Origin: Acholeplasmataceae bacterium
GTDB taxonomy: Bacteria > Bacillota_I > Bacilli_A > Acholeplasmatales > Acholeplasmataceae
Direction: 5' to 3'
Length of the DNA stretch: 64,000 nucleotides
Assembly: GCA_963667565.1 (NCBI GenBank)
Contig: OY763415.1
Span: 1,056,001 to 1,120,000 of the forward strand
Shown here: piece by piece, positions 1 to 10,753 of the stretch
How the letters are laid out: each line of letters opens with the position of its first letter
Numbering within the stretch: the first letter of the stretch is position 1
Position numbers and translations under genes: made by a program
Notes under the pieces: model-generated
Told to the model about the DNA's origin: nothing
Database searches by the model: none
Seen by the model: only the letters and a program-made list of their open reading frames with translations

Positions 1-1435
1 TATTAAGTGTTGAATTGTCTCCAGCAGGTACGAATACGAATGATGTTAAATCACCATCACGGTTATCAGTTGCTTGATAACGTGGGAACCATGATTGATT
101 CCATTCTGAACCTAAAGCGATTTCGATCACTCTGTTTTCTGGATCTTGACCAACGATTGAAGTTGGAGAAGTGAAAGTGATTACTGGAGCTTCTGTATCC
201 ATTGCTACCATTAAAGCAGCTTCTTTATTAGAGTCATCAGTTAATCCTAAATTGAATTGAACTTCATACATCTTAGTATTGTCTAATTTGTTAGCTTCAG
301 CTAAAACGATAACGAAATCTTGGAATGTTGAATTGCTCTTAGCAAAGTCAACATGGTCAATTGCAACTTCACTACCATAAGTAGTTGGATTGCCATCGCC
401 GTCAACAGCTGTAACTTCTACTAATGTAAACCATCCTTCAATTGTAACGACTGCAGCATCTTGTTCTGCTGTTGTAGTTGCAGCTGCGTAAGGATTGTTA
501 ACGTTAGCACTAGTCTTAACAATAATTGCAAGTGGATTTGGAGCATAAGTTCCTGAATTTTCACTTGAATTGAACGCTACTAATCTAAAGCTAAATGCTT
601 CAGTAAAGAAAGATGCAGGATCATTTGGATAGATGTTATCACCAGCAGTGTAAGCATCACCTTTAGATACAATCCATTGAGTACGTGCTTCACCAAGTAC
701 TGGACTATCACCTAAAGCTGGATATGCATTAACATCACCAGTTTTCTTGTTTCCATCTGCGCCAGCATAAATTAATAAACCTGGAGTAGCATCGCTAGTT
801 GGAGCAGTAGCAGTTGTAAGCATTGCTGCTTTAACTTCTGAGCCATCACTTGCAGTACCAACAGTCATAAATACTTGGTCTGGAGAACCCCAAACTGAAG
901 TAATAGGACTTGAAATCCAGTTACCATCGCCATCTAATGTTTGGAAACCTGACCAACCATTCCAAGCATGAACACCAAGATTGTCTTCATATGTGTTTGA
1001 TGGATCATAGTAAACCATTAACATATTGTATTGAGTTGGATCAGCAACTAAATATTGGTTGTTCGCATTTTGGAATACATAAACATGAACAACTTCTCCT
1101 TCAACTAATGCTGAATCATCAATATTAACATCGCCAGTATGTTTAGCATTCCAGTCTTGTGAACCGTTAGCCCATTCTACTGCGATAAAACCAACTGTTG
1201 TACCCATAGCGACATCATCATATCTAAAATATACGCCAAAGTCATCAGTTCCGTCATAAGTTTCTTTTGGTGCAGCAGTACTTCCCCAAGCATGTGAGCC
1301 TAGATTAGTATAATCATTATCCCAGTTATGGAAATGAATCACTAAGTCTGCAGTACCAGTTCCAGCAGCATTAACACCAATTCCAACGAATAGTGCAACA
1401 ACCGCTAAGAAAAATACACTTAAAGCTTTCTTCAT
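1..1435 (-). CDS. Secreted/surface starch-binding protein (CBM41/pullulanase-associated-like domains plus DUF5011-like Ig domain); runs off window start
   Basis: Not in ORF track. Manual translation from ATG 1435 (RBS AGGAGG 1442-1447): MKKALSVFFLAVVALFVGIGVNAAG signal peptide, LVIHFHNWDNDYTNLGSHAWG...DGTDDFGVYF (like the pullulanase N-domain), and DTEAPVITF...ATDNRDGDLT; open to position 1. Confidence 0.7.
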   Translation of the reverse strand, partial: MKKALSVFFLAVVALFVGIGVNAAGTGTADLVIHFHNWDNDYTNLGSHAWGSTAAPKETYDGTDDFGVYFRYDDVAMGTTVGFIAVEWANGSQDWNAKHTGDVNIDDSALVEGEVVHVYVFQNANNQYLVADPTQYNMLMVYYDPSNTYEDNLGVHAWNGWSGFQTLDGDGNWISSPITSVWGSPDQVFMTVGTASDGSEVKAAMLTTATAPTSDATPGLLIYAGADGNKKTGDVNAYPALGDSPVLGEARTQWIVSKGDAYTAGDNIYPNDPASFFTEAFSFRLVAFNSSENSGTYAPNPLAIIVKTSANVNNPYAAATTTAEQDAAVVTIEGWFTLVEVTAVDGDGNPTTYGSEVAIDHVDFAKSNSTFQDFVIVLAEANKLDNTKMYEVQFNLGLTDDSNKEAALMVAMDTEAPVITFTSPTSIVGQDPENRVIEIALGSEWNQSWFPRYQATDNRDGDLTSFVFVPAGDNSTLN

Positions 1436-1499
1436 TTTTTTCCTCCTAAAAATTTATGTATCGACGTTGTCGTCATTTACAATGTAATTATATCATAGA

Positions 1500-1557
1500 T
1501 GTAAACGCTTTACTGTAAAAACGTTATGCAACCGATACCATTTTGAAATCGCTATCA
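1500..1557. promoter_or_regulatory. Cluster of LacI/CcpA (cre/MalR-like) operator-like sites in the divergent promoter region
   Basis: TGTAAACGCTTTAC (1500-1513), TGCAACCGATACCA (1527-1540), TGAAATCGCTATCA (1544-1557); all resemble TGWAANCGNTNWCA. Confidence 0.5.
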
Positions 1558-1600
1558 TTATTCTATCATTTATGATATATTTTTTTTAGGAGGCGACTTT

Positions 1601-4375
1601 ATGAAAAAAATATTATTTGCAATTTTACTATTACTTACAGCCACGACTACCATGGTTGTAGTCAACGCTGATACTGTAGCTACTAAACTGATTGTTCACT
1701 ATTTCAGATACGAAGGTGACTATACAGGTTGGGATGCTTGGATTTGGGATGAAAAAGGTGCGACAGATGAGGATACTTTAGACATCCTTTTTGATCAAAC
1801 TGATGCATGGGGTGCATATTTTGAATTAGACCTTGATGCAACTACAGGTTATGATAACGCAACTCAAGTTGGGATTATCTTAAGAAAAGGCAGTTGGGAT
1901 ATAAGAGAGTTCTCGTATGATAGATATATTGATCTAACAACTGCTGATGTGAACGCACAAGGTGAAATTCATGCTTATCTTGTTCAAGGTGATGAACAAA
2001 TTGGTACAACAAATGCTGATTTATTGAATAACATCCCTGATAAAAGAAACAGAATTTTATATGCAGGTTTCAATGATAATTTAGATGTCACTGTTTCACT
2101 AACAACACCAGCGACTTCTTATGTTGTTAATGAATCTGGTAATCAAGTGATATCATCTTCTTCAGCTAATAAAGATTTCACCATTTCAATGAGTGGTGTT
2201 GATATCGCAAAGACTTACACAATTACTGCTGTATTTGCTGATGTCACAAGAACGATCACAATATCTAAAGAAAAAGTATATGATACTGATGCATTCCAAA
2301 ATGCATATACATATACAGGTGAATTAGGTGTCATTTATAGCAAACAATCAACAACATTCAGATTATGGGCACCTTTAAGTGATAATGTTGCAGTGAATAT
2401 ATATGAATATAATAATGCGCATTATGACAACGATGGCACTTATCGAGCAACTGCAGATCTCCCATTATCTACGACAAACCTTACACAAATTGAAAATGGT
2501 GCATGGGAAATAACCTTAAACGGTGATTTTGCAGGCAAGTATTATACATTTGATGTCACAAATGATGGAGCAACCAATGAAGTTGTCGACCCTTATGCCT
2601 ATTCTACAGGTGTCAACGGTGAAAGAGGTATGATCGTTGATTTTGATGCAACTGATCCAATTAATTGGGTTGAGAATTATCGTCCAAACACCATTCTTAA
2701 TATGACAGATTACACAGTCTATGAATTACATGTTAGAGATTTAACAACACATAGTTCTTGGGATGGTAATGATGCTTATAGAGGTAAGTTCTTAGGACTT
2801 AGCGAATCAGGCACAACTTATACTGAAGGTGACGTCACAGTAACAACCGGTCTAGATCATATAGATGAACTTGGTGTGAATGCTGTTCAATTACTTCCAA
2901 TATTTGATTTTGGTTATGTCGATGAAACAAGAGTTGATGATCCTAATTATGATGCTTTTAATTGGGGTTACATGCCAATAAATTTTAATACATTAGAAGG
3001 TAGTTATTCAACTAATCCTTATGATGGCTATTCAAGAATTACAGAATTTAAAACTGCTGTTCAAGCTTTTCATGATGATGATATTAGAGTCATTATGGAT
3101 GTTGTTTACAACCATACTGGTTTATCTGGAGATTCTAACTTTAATTTAATTCTTCCTGGTTATTATCATAGAATGAATTCTGATGGATCATTTAGCAATG
3201 GTTCTGGTACTGGTAATGAAACTGCTTCTGAAAGACCAATGATGAGAAAACTCATGGTTGACTCAACAACTTTCTTAGCTACTGAATATAATTTATCAGG
3301 ATTTAGATTTGACTTAATGGCACTTCATGATGTTCAAACCATGGATGCGATTAGAGCTGCTATGAATGAAATTGATCCAACGATTGTTCTATATGGTGAA
3401 CCTTGGACTGGTGGTACTTCTCCTTTAGCAAGTAATCTAGCTGCAGGTAGAGACAACATTCAAAATTTAGATGGCGTTGGTGCATTTAGTGATACAACAA
3501 GAAATGGTATTAAAGGCTCAGTGTTCCAAGCTGCTGAAGGCGGATGGATTCAAGCACAAAGTACTACTGATATTTCTTATTTGAAATCAGAAGTTGAATA
3601 TGGTATTAGTGGAGGAACTTCTTGGTCACAAGGTACTGCTTGGCATCTTGATCCAAATAAAATTGTCAATTATGTTTCTGCACATGACAACCATACACTT
3701 TATGATAAGTTAAAATTATCTGGAATTAGTCGAACACAAATCCCTTACTTGCAACAACAAGCAAATGCAATCGTATTAACTTCTCAAGGTATTCCATTCC
3801 TACATGCTGGTGTTGAAATCATGAGAACAAAACAAAATGATGATAACTCATATCAATCAGGTGATGCAATTAATCAACTTGATTGGTCAAGAAAAATTGA
3901 TTACTTAAATGTATTTAATTATTATAAAGGTATGATTGAATTAAGATCCATTTATGAAAACTTTAGAATGGGTAGCGCAGATGAAATTGCTGCTAACTTA
4001 ACATTCTATCAAACAGACGATTATACAATCGCATTTAAGATTACTGGACAAAGAGCAACTGTCATTGTGATTAGCGTTTCATATGCTCCTGAAGGATTTA
4101 GTTCAGTTGAACTTGGTGACTCTCAAACATATTATGTATTAAGTACACATGATAATGTAGATTTAACAGGTTTTGATAAGATAACAAGTGGTACTGCCTA
4201 TGTTCCAAGTAACACAACAATGGTATTAACAAATACTGTATTAACAGAACCTATCAATATCAATCCTGAACCTGAACAATCAAATAACATTTGGTTATTC
4301 ATCGGTATTGGGGCTGTTGCTGTTGCAGCTGCTGCAGTCGTTTCAGTGATTATTCTAAAGAAAAAATCAGCATAA
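1601..4375 (+). CDS. pulA: Type I pullulanase (GH13), secreted, C-terminal membrane anchor
   Basis: FNWGYMP, MDVVYNH, GFRFDLM, YGEPW, YVSAHDN motifs; FRLWAP CBM48; N-terminal signal and CBM41-like domain; C-terminal TM + KKK. Confidence 0.93.
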   Translation: MKKILFAILLLLTATTTMVVVNADTVATKLIVHYFRYEGDYTGWDAWIWDEKGATDEDTLDILFDQTDAWGAYFELDLDATTGYDNATQVGIILRKGSWDIREFSYDRYIDLTTADVNAQGEIHAYLVQGDEQIGTTNADLLNNIPDKRNRILYAGFNDNLDVTVSLTTPATSYVVNESGNQVISSSSANKDFTISMSGVDIAKTYTITAVFADVTRTITISKEKVYDTDAFQNAYTYTGELGVIYSKQSTTFRLWAPLSDNVAVNIYEYNNAHYDNDGTYRATADLPLSTTNLTQIENGAWEITLNGDFAGKYYTFDVTNDGATNEVVDPYAYSTGVNGERGMIVDFDATDPINWVENYRPNTILNMTDYTVYELHVRDLTTHSSWDGNDAYRGKFLGLSESGTTYTEGDVTVTTGLDHIDELGVNAVQLLPIFDFGYVDETRVDDPNYDAFNWGYMPINFNTLEGSYSTNPYDGYSRITEFKTAVQAFHDDDIRVIMDVVYNHTGLSGDSNFNLILPGYYHRMNSDGSFSNGSGTGNETASERPMMRKLMVDSTTFLATEYNLSGFRFDLMALHDVQTMDAIRAAMNEIDPTIVLYGEPWTGGTSPLASNLAAGRDNIQNLDGVGAFSDTTRNGIKGSVFQAAEGGWIQAQSTTDISYLKSEVEYGISGGTSWSQGTAWHLDPNKIVNYVSAHDNHTLYDKLKLSGISRTQIPYLQQQANAIVLTSQGIPFLHAGVEIMRTKQNDDNSYQSGDAINQLDWSRKIDYLNVFNYYKGMIELRSIYENFRMGSADEIAANLTFYQTDDYTIAFKITGQRATVIVISVSYAPEGFSSVELGDSQTYYVLSTHDNVDLTGFDKITSGTAYVPSNTTMVLTNTVLTEPININPEPEQSNNIWLFIGIGAVAVAAAAVVSVIILKKKSA

Positions 4376-4377
4376 AG

Positions 4378-4404
4378 AAAAGGCCTAATTTATAGGCCTT
4401 TTTT
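4378..4404. terminator. Bidirectional intrinsic terminator
   Basis: AAAAGGCCTA-attta-TAGGCCTTTT between convergent genes. Confidence 0.8.
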
Positions 4405-4405
4405 A

Positions 4406-5218
4406 TTATCCATTAAAATGATATTTGCCAAACTTCATCATTACAAGCATCGTAATCATACCCATACCAAATTGTACTATAAATGGCGTCAGAGAATCCA
4501 TGAAGAATCCTACAATAAAGCCAATAATAACAGGTATAGGAAGTGTGAACACAAGCATCTTTAAACCCTCAAAATAAGTCATAAAATATGAGTGTCCAAA
4601 TCGAAACATTTGTAATATTAAACCAAGTACTACAATGAGTATCATCGTTGTTAATAGTTGTACACCTGTATATGTCAATAATGAATATAAGATGATATAT
4701 TGACTAAAACCTGCTTCAATGTTTGATGCAAATAACATCATATTCGATTGCCAATTAGACGCATCTAACATCACCGAATCAAAATCATAGACTTCACTAA
4801 ATCCACGATAACTACCAACCAGTTGATGACCTTCACTATCGATATAAATGATTTCATCTTGTTTTAATAAGACTTGTTGTAAGTCTGTTGTATGTTCACT
4901 TTGCGCATTAAACACAAACATATAATCACCATAGTAAATGATGTGTTCTAAGTCATCACTTGTTTCTAATCCATAATAATGAATTGACATATGGCTTGGA
5001 AGTTCAAATGTTTGAAAAGCTGGTGTCTCTTGTTTAAATGATTCTTCAACAAATGAGATGGCCCAACCTTCATTAACTACAATCGTGTAAACATGTGGAA
5101 GATTACTAAGTAGTATTAATAAAATAAAGAAAATAAATACTTTGATAAACGGTTCTTTTCTTTTCCCAATGATATTAGGAAAATCAAACGCATATTTAAA
5201 ATAATTAACTAAAAACAT
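4406..5218 (-). CDS. DUF1189/MalA-like maltodextrin utilization membrane protein
   Basis: One N-terminal TM, a soluble loop and three C-terminal TMs; coupled to amylase gene. Confidence 0.55.
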   Translation of the reverse strand: MFLVNYFKYAFDFPNIIGKRKEPFIKVFIFFILLILLSNLPHVYTIVVNEGWAISFVEESFKQETPAFQTFELPSHMSIHYYGLETSDDLEHIIYYGDYMFVFNAQSEHTTDLQQVLLKQDEIIYIDSEGHQLVGSYRGFSEVYDFDSVMLDASNWQSNMMLFASNIEAGFSQYIILYSLLTYTGVQLLTTMILIVVLGLILQMFRFGHSYFMTYFEGLKMLVFTLPIPVIIGFIVGFFMDSLTPFIVQFGMGMITMLVMMKFGKYHFNG

Positions 5219-6741
5219 TAGATATAATCACCAACTAAATCTGGATTAATTGTCACTATTAATGTACTATATGCTGGCATATCAAGTGAACCATAAATAA
5301 GTGTTTCATAGTTCAAATCAGTGATTTGATATGTTGTTGATGAAAAGTTATGGATGATTAAAATCGCTTCATTTACTGTGTCATATTGATATGATCTAAT
5401 AAATCCTTGGATTTTATTATCATTACCTTTATATAAATCAAATGCGTTACCATACATTAAAGCAGGATGCGCTTTTCTAATCGCAATCATTTCTTTATAT
5501 TGACTGAGTAGTGAATTTGGATCATCAAGTTGTTCACTCACTGTTTTAAGTCCTGTGTTAAATCCATATTCTGGTAACCAACTCGTTGTATAATCATTTC
5601 CCCATAACAATGCTGAACGTCTATATTCATCATAAATAGTTGTATCATATCCTGAGATATTTAAGCCTTCAAAACGTGTACCTTTCAATCCTATTTCATC
5701 ACCATAATAAATAATTGGTGAGCCTGGAAGTGTTAATAAAACATTTGCAGATAATAATAATTTTTGGTCTAAATAATCACCACTGATTGATGATGCAGTT
5801 CGATCTTGATCATGGTTTCTTAAAAATGGTGTATCTACAAATTCGCTATTATATTCACTGTATGCTTCGTAAGTGTTTTGAACTCTTCTTGCAAAGAAAC
5901 TAATTTCTGAACCAGAAAGTGATGTAATCATTTTTTCTGATGCATAGAAATTGAATGCTGAATCAGAAGCTTGAAAATAAGGAGCTACCATATCAAAAGA
6001 TGTATCATATACTTCTGAAACTAAAAAACTATCCTCATTAATGGCTTTAATATAAGCATTAAGTTGTGCAATAAATATGATATTATCAGCAACACTGCCA
6101 TTATTGATATCTTTAATCATAAAGTGTTGCGCAGCATCTAATCTAAATCCTGTAACACCCATGGCCATATAAAAATCGATAATATGATGAATTTCTTCAA
6201 CAACAGCTGGACTCTTTAAATTGAGGTCAACCATCCCACCAACGAAACTTGAATATGCTTGATCATTGCTTGTCCATAAATAGTAATCTCTATATGGACT
6301 TGCTGTATCATATCTTGATTGTGTATACCATGGATTTTGATCCGATGTATGATTAATCACCAAATCCATCATGATTTTAATACCTTTTTGATGAGCAGCA
6401 TCAATTAAGGTTTGAAAATCATCCATCGTTCCATAGTCTGATTCAACAGCATAATAGTCAGTCACGCTGTATCCATGATATGATGGTCCTTCATTGACGG
6501 GCATTAACCAAAGGGCAGTAATACCTAGATTTTGCAAATAATCTAGATTTTCAGTGACCCCATTAAAGTCACCAATACCATCACCATCACTATCAGCAAA
6601 TGATCTCACAAATAATTCATAGTAAACGTCATTTTTAGGGTTAACTGCACTTAAATCTACTGTTGGTTCTTCTTTTTTACATGAAGCTAAAGAAACCAAT
6701 ACCATAAACAATAGGGCGATGACGACTAATTTTCTTTTCAT
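5218..6741 (-). CDS. GH13 alpha-amylase family lipoprotein
   Basis: Lipobox LASC; YELFVRSFADSDGDGIGD, DLVINH, GFRLDAA, FLRNHD. Confidence 0.9.
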   Translation of the reverse strand: MKRKLVVIALLFMVLVSLASCKKEEPTVDLSAVNPKNDVYYELFVRSFADSDGDGIGDFNGVTENLDYLQNLGITALWLMPVNEGPSYHGYSVTDYYAVESDYGTMDDFQTLIDAAHQKGIKIMMDLVINHTSDQNPWYTQSRYDTASPYRDYYLWTSNDQAYSSFVGGMVDLNLKSPAVVEEIHHIIDFYMAMGVTGFRLDAAQHFMIKDINNGSVADNIIFIAQLNAYIKAINEDSFLVSEVYDTSFDMVAPYFQASDSAFNFYASEKMITSLSGSEISFFARRVQNTYEAYSEYNSEFVDTPFLRNHDQDRTASSISGDYLDQKLLLSANVLLTLPGSPIIYYGDEIGLKGTRFEGLNISGYDTTIYDEYRRSALLWGNDYTTSWLPEYGFNTGLKTVSEQLDDPNSLLSQYKEMIAIRKAHPALMYGNAFDLYKGNDNKIQGFIRSYQYDTVNEAILIIHNFSSTTYQITDLNYETLIYGSLDMPAYSTLIVTINPDLVGDYI

Positions 6742-7184
6742 TATAATCCTCTTTTTCTTAAACTTTCACTTGTTCCTAAAACGTTGTTATTAATTCTTTC
6801 TGGAGAAAGATCAATGACTTTAGTTTTAAAAATATAATCGTGAATTGTTCGACTTGTTTTATCAGACATGACGAAGAAAGCAATCACTAGATAAATACCA
6901 AATGTTACAATACTTAATCCAACTTTAAATAAATCTCTTAACAATATTTTCCAAAGTGGTGCATTACTATCATCAACATTCACAATTTTAATTTTTTGCG
7001 TTCTTTTTCCAAATGTTTGTCCATTTGATATCAGATATGGTAAAAAATAAAAGATAAACACTGAACTAATCGCCACATATTGAGCAATTGTTTGTCCAAG
7101 TGGAATAGATAAAATTAATAGTAAAGTGACACCTGAAGTGTCAATTGCAAACGCTCTAACGCGTTTTTCAAATGATGGAACCAT
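6741..7184 (-). CDS. RDD family membrane protein
   Basis: KRVRAFAID, GQTFGKR, RTIHDYIFKT motifs. Confidence 0.85.
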   Translation of the reverse strand: MVPSFEKRVRAFAIDTSGVTLLLILSIPLGQTIAQYVAISSVFIFYFLPYLISNGQTFGKRTQKIKIVNVDDSNAPLWKILLRDLFKVGLSIVTFGIYLVIAFFVMSDKTSRTIHDYIFKTKVIDLSPERINNNVLGTSESLRKRGL

Positions 7185-7234
7185 CGGACTTACCTCGTTT
7201 CGTCTTATGTTTTCATTATATCATAATGATATTG

Positions 7235-7250
7235 ATGGAAACGTTTGCAT
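7235..7250. promoter_or_regulatory. LacI/cre-like palindromic operator upstream of the RDD-amylase-DUF1189 operon
   Basis: ATGGAAACGTTTGCAT, near-perfect palindrome with central CG. Confidence 0.55.
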
Positions 7251-7267
7251 TATCTAAACAACCATGC

Positions 7268-8752
7268 TTATTCTGTAAATGTAATTGGATTATCTAAATA
7301 GAAATATGAATAAGTCAAAGCCATATTTCTTAAAGCATCTTCTAAAACATCTCTTAATAAAATACCGGTAGCATCAATTTGATTTCCATAGATAAATGGG
7401 TAATATTCTTTATCAAAAACGTAATCATTGGTTGCTACTAAATAATAAGTATCATCCTCAAAGTTAGTAACATTAGTATCATAATAACTACCATCGGATG
7501 TTGTCATGAATGATTTTACATCACTACCTTTTAAATATACTGTTTTAATGACATTATCAAATGGGAATATTTCATATAGTGTGGCAACAGTCACTTCTTG
7601 ATGATAATCAACAGATGTTCTTGTTCCTCCATAATTATGAAATGCAATATCTGCACCCGTTTTTAATCTCATTAATTTTGCCATATACGTAGTTAAATCT
7701 CCTCTGGACATTGATTCTCCAGTTGTGATAATAGTTTCATTTAATAACGGTTCAATTTGTGTGACATAAGTATCTATCTTATCTGCAACATCTTGATTTG
7801 GTGAATTAAGCAAAATTTCGTTAGTTTGATTTAGATTTTTTGCAGTTACATCAGTAATTAATCCATCAGCAATTGTAAAATGTACATTACCAACATTTTC
7901 ACCATTAGCACCTGATTGAACAACATAACATGTTTGTGGGTCTCTGTCAAATGAATCAACATAAGTGTAGTGAGAGTGTCCATTAAAAATGACATCTACA
8001 TACGAATTTCCCTCTAATGCTGATACTTGTTGATTATATCCATCAGAATCATCATGATCAATAGCTATAACCATATCCACTTGTTCAACAGTTCTTAAAT
8101 ATTCTGCATAATATCCTGTCCAATAAGCTGCATCATCAAAATAATAAGGATCAATCATAGCTGTTGCGATACTACTTTCAATGTTTGTACCGACAACACC
8201 AATCACACCAATTTTTAAATCACCTTTTTGTATAATTGCATATGCATCAACACCTTCTGGTCGATCATATGTGCCATCATAAAATACATTAGCTCCTAAA
8301 AGTGGAAAATTAGCTTTTACATCTGATTGGACATCATCTCTAAAATACTTAGTGACAGTTTCTAAACCCCAATCAAACTCATGATTTCCTAGTACGAAAA
8401 CATCAAGTTGCATTTCATTTAAGATATCAATAGTTGATGCTCCATAAAAATAATTTGATAAAACATTACCTTGTAGAATATCGCCACCTGCTAAAAATAA
8501 TGTTTCATTCGGATTTGCTTGTTTTTGAGTAAGAACTAGATTCCCAATGTTTGCTAATCCCATTTGCTCGCTATTTTGCAAAATAGCACCATGTGTATCG
8601 TTAATGTAGTAAAGATCTAAATGATCCATCACATCAACAGTATTTTGATTGTCATCACCATCAGTGTTATCAGTTGGTGTGGTTATTGGATCACATGCTG
8701 CCAATGATACAATCAAAATAAATGTTAAAAAAATTGATATTATTTTTTTCAT
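7268..8752 (-). CDS. Bifunctional metallophosphatase / 5'-nucleotidase lipoprotein
   Basis: Lipobox LAAC; NDTHG, GGD, GNHEFD, GHSH; 5'-NT C-domain (NYGGTR, PFDN). Confidence 0.9.
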   Translation of the reverse strand: MKKIISIFLTFILIVSLAACDPITTPTDNTDGDDNQNTVDVMDHLDLYYINDTHGAILQNSEQMGLANIGNLVLTQKQANPNETLFLAGGDILQGNVLSNYFYGASTIDILNEMQLDVFVLGNHEFDWGLETVTKYFRDDVQSDVKANFPLLGANVFYDGTYDRPEGVDAYAIIQKGDLKIGVIGVVGTNIESSIATAMIDPYYFDDAAYWTGYYAEYLRTVEQVDMVIAIDHDDSDGYNQQVSALEGNSYVDVIFNGHSHYTYVDSFDRDPQTCYVVQSGANGENVGNVHFTIADGLITDVTAKNLNQTNEILLNSPNQDVADKIDTYVTQIEPLLNETIITTGESMSRGDLTTYMAKLMRLKTGADIAFHNYGGTRTSVDYHQEVTVATLYEIFPFDNVIKTVYLKGSDVKSFMTTSDGSYYDTNVTNFEDDTYYLVATNDYVFDKEYYPFIYGNQIDATGILLRDVLEDALRNMALTYSYFYLDNPITFTE

Positions 8753-8844
8753 TGTTTCTTACCTACTTTCGCATTCATTATTATAACATAGAGATGTTAT
8801 AAAATATATATGTGTGCTATAATATCAACGAATGAGGTGACTTG

Positions 8845-9417
8845 ATGAAAAAAAAACATTCCCTATGGGAATTATTTATAACTTTTTTTAAGATCGGAGC
8901 AGTAACTTTTGGTGGTGGTTATGCCATGATGCCAATTATGCACAGAGAAGTCGTAGAAAAAAAGCATTGGGTTGAAGATGATGATGTCATCAAGATGCTT
9001 GTCATCTCTGAATCTACACCTGGGGTATTTGCGATTAACTCAGCGACGTTTATTGGATATAAAATAGCAAAATTCAAAGGTGCTTTATTTGCCACTTTAG
9101 GTGTCGTTATTCCTTCGCTTATCACCATTTCAATCATCACTGTTGTCCTTAATTGGTTTCAAACATATGAACCTGTTCAGTTTGCATTAAAAGGGATACA
9201 GGTTGGTGCTGCAATTGTCATTTTTAATGCAGCTTTTAAATTATCTAACAAACTCCATTTTAACCTTTTATCAATATTCGTGTTGATAGCATCATTTTTA
9301 ATATCATTACTTACAAGTTTTAGTGTCATTTATATCATCTTATGTAGTGCACTTATTGGTATTTTAATCGGTGTCCTTAAATCATTTAAAAAAGCAGGTG
9401 AAAATCATGCTGCTTAG
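8845..9417 (+). CDS. Short-chain chromate transporter (ChrA family), subunit 1
   Basis: FKIGAVTFGGGYAM, STPG. Confidence 0.9.
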   Translation: MKKKHSLWELFITFFKIGAVTFGGGYAMMPIMHREVVEKKHWVEDDDVIKMLVISESTPGVFAINSATFIGYKIAKFKGALFATLGVVIPSLITISIITVVLNWFQTYEPVQFALKGIQVGAAIVIFNAAFKLSNKLHFNLLSIFVLIASFLISLLTSFSVIYIILCSALIGILIGVLKSFKKAGENHAA

Positions 9418-9985
9418 TTTACTAAAACTCTTATGGATGTTTTTTAAGATAGGATTGTTTACTTTTGGTGGTGGTGCTGCTATGATTCCACTAATCAAAG
9501 AATCTTTATTTGTCAATGGCTATGATATTACAAGTGATTTTATAGATCAACTAGTAGGTTTAGCTCAATCAACACCTGGACCAATTGCAGTGAATTTAGC
9601 CACTTATATCGGTATGAGTCAATATGGTATTTTAGGTGCTTTATTTGCAACTTTAGGTGTTGTTCTTCCATCTTTTATCATCATCTTACTTATTGCTAAA
9701 TATGGAAGTAAAGCCATTGATTCTAAAATTGCTCAACACGCTTTTTCCACATTAAAACCAGCTGTCATTGGTCTTATCGCAAGTGTTGCATTAACCATGA
9801 CATTAAGTAATATTTTTCCGTTAATGAATTTAAAGATGTTTGATTTAAATTTTACTGTATCTTATCAAAGTATTATTATATTTGCAATTTTATTTACAAT
9901 CATGATGATATTTAAGAAAATATCGCCAATTAAGATCATATTATTATCAGCAGTATTAGGTGTAATCATATATTATATTGTATAG
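9407..9985 (+). CDS. Short-chain chromate transporter (ChrA family), subunit 2
   Basis: FKIGLFTFGGG, QSTPGP; start moved to ATG 9407 after AGGTG RBS. Confidence 0.9.
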   Translation: MLLSLLKLLWMFFKIGLFTFGGGAAMIPLIKESLFVNGYDITSDFIDQLVGLAQSTPGPIAVNLATYIGMSQYGILGALFATLGVVLPSFIIILLIAKYGSKAIDSKIAQHAFSTLKPAVIGLIASVALTMTLSNIFPLMNLKMFDLNFTVSYQSIIIFAILFTIMMIFKKISPIKIILLSAVLGVIIYYIV

Positions 9986-9993
9986 GTGAACAT

Positions 9994-10731
9994 ATGAAAG
10001 ATTTAACTTGGATTAAAGAAGATTATATCGCACATCGAGGACTTCATACAGAAGATTTAAGTGTTCCAGAAAACTCAATGCTTGCATTTAAAAATGCGAT
10101 TGAATTGGGATATAGTATAGAGCTAGATCTCAATATGCTTTTTGATGGAACTATAGTAGTTTTTCATGACTTTAATTTAAAACGCTTGACAGGTCTAGAT
10201 CAAAATATTTCTAAACTCACTTATGATGATATTAAAGATTTAAAGCTATATGATACAAATGAACATATCCCATTACTTTCTGAAGTATTAAATTACGTTG
10301 ATGGGAAAGTACCCCTCTTAATTGAATTAAAACCTTTTGGGGACACTGAGATATTTTGTCAATTATTCTATGATACAATTAAGGATTACCAAGGAAAATG
10401 GGCTGTGTTTTCATTTAATCCCGGTGTAGTAAGATGGTTTAAAAATCATCATCCAGAAATCATTCGTGGACAAATTACAGAATACTTTAAAGATAATTTA
10501 AAGATGAAAAAAATTGTGAAATATTTGATGAAAACTATGTTTTTTAACCGCTTCACTAAGCCTGATTTTGTCAGTTATCGTATACATGATTTACCCAACA
10601 AATATGTTGATAAAGCTAAACAAAACGGTTTAACCATCATTAGTTATGCTGCAAGGACTCAAGAACAATTAGACTTTGTTAGACATACCTATGATAATGT
10701 CGTATTTGAATATTTTATTCCAAAAAAATAA
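9994..10731 (+). CDS. Glycerophosphodiester phosphodiesterase family protein
   Basis: IAHRG, PENS, IELD, VFHD, IELK. Confidence 0.9.
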   Translation: MKDLTWIKEDYIAHRGLHTEDLSVPENSMLAFKNAIELGYSIELDLNMLFDGTIVVFHDFNLKRLTGLDQNISKLTYDDIKDLKLYDTNEHIPLLSEVLNYVDGKVPLLIELKPFGDTEIFCQLFYDTIKDYQGKWAVFSFNPGVVRWFKNHHPEIIRGQITEYFKDNLKMKKIVKYLMKTMFFNRFTKPDFVSYRIHDLPNKYVDKAKQNGLTIISYAARTQEQLDFVRHTYDNVVFEYFIPKK

Positions 10732-10753
10732 GGACTCCGAAGAGTCCTTTTTT
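10730..10753. terminator. Bidirectional intrinsic terminator
   Basis: AAGGACTC-cgaa-GAGTCCTT with T tract. Confidence 0.8.
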
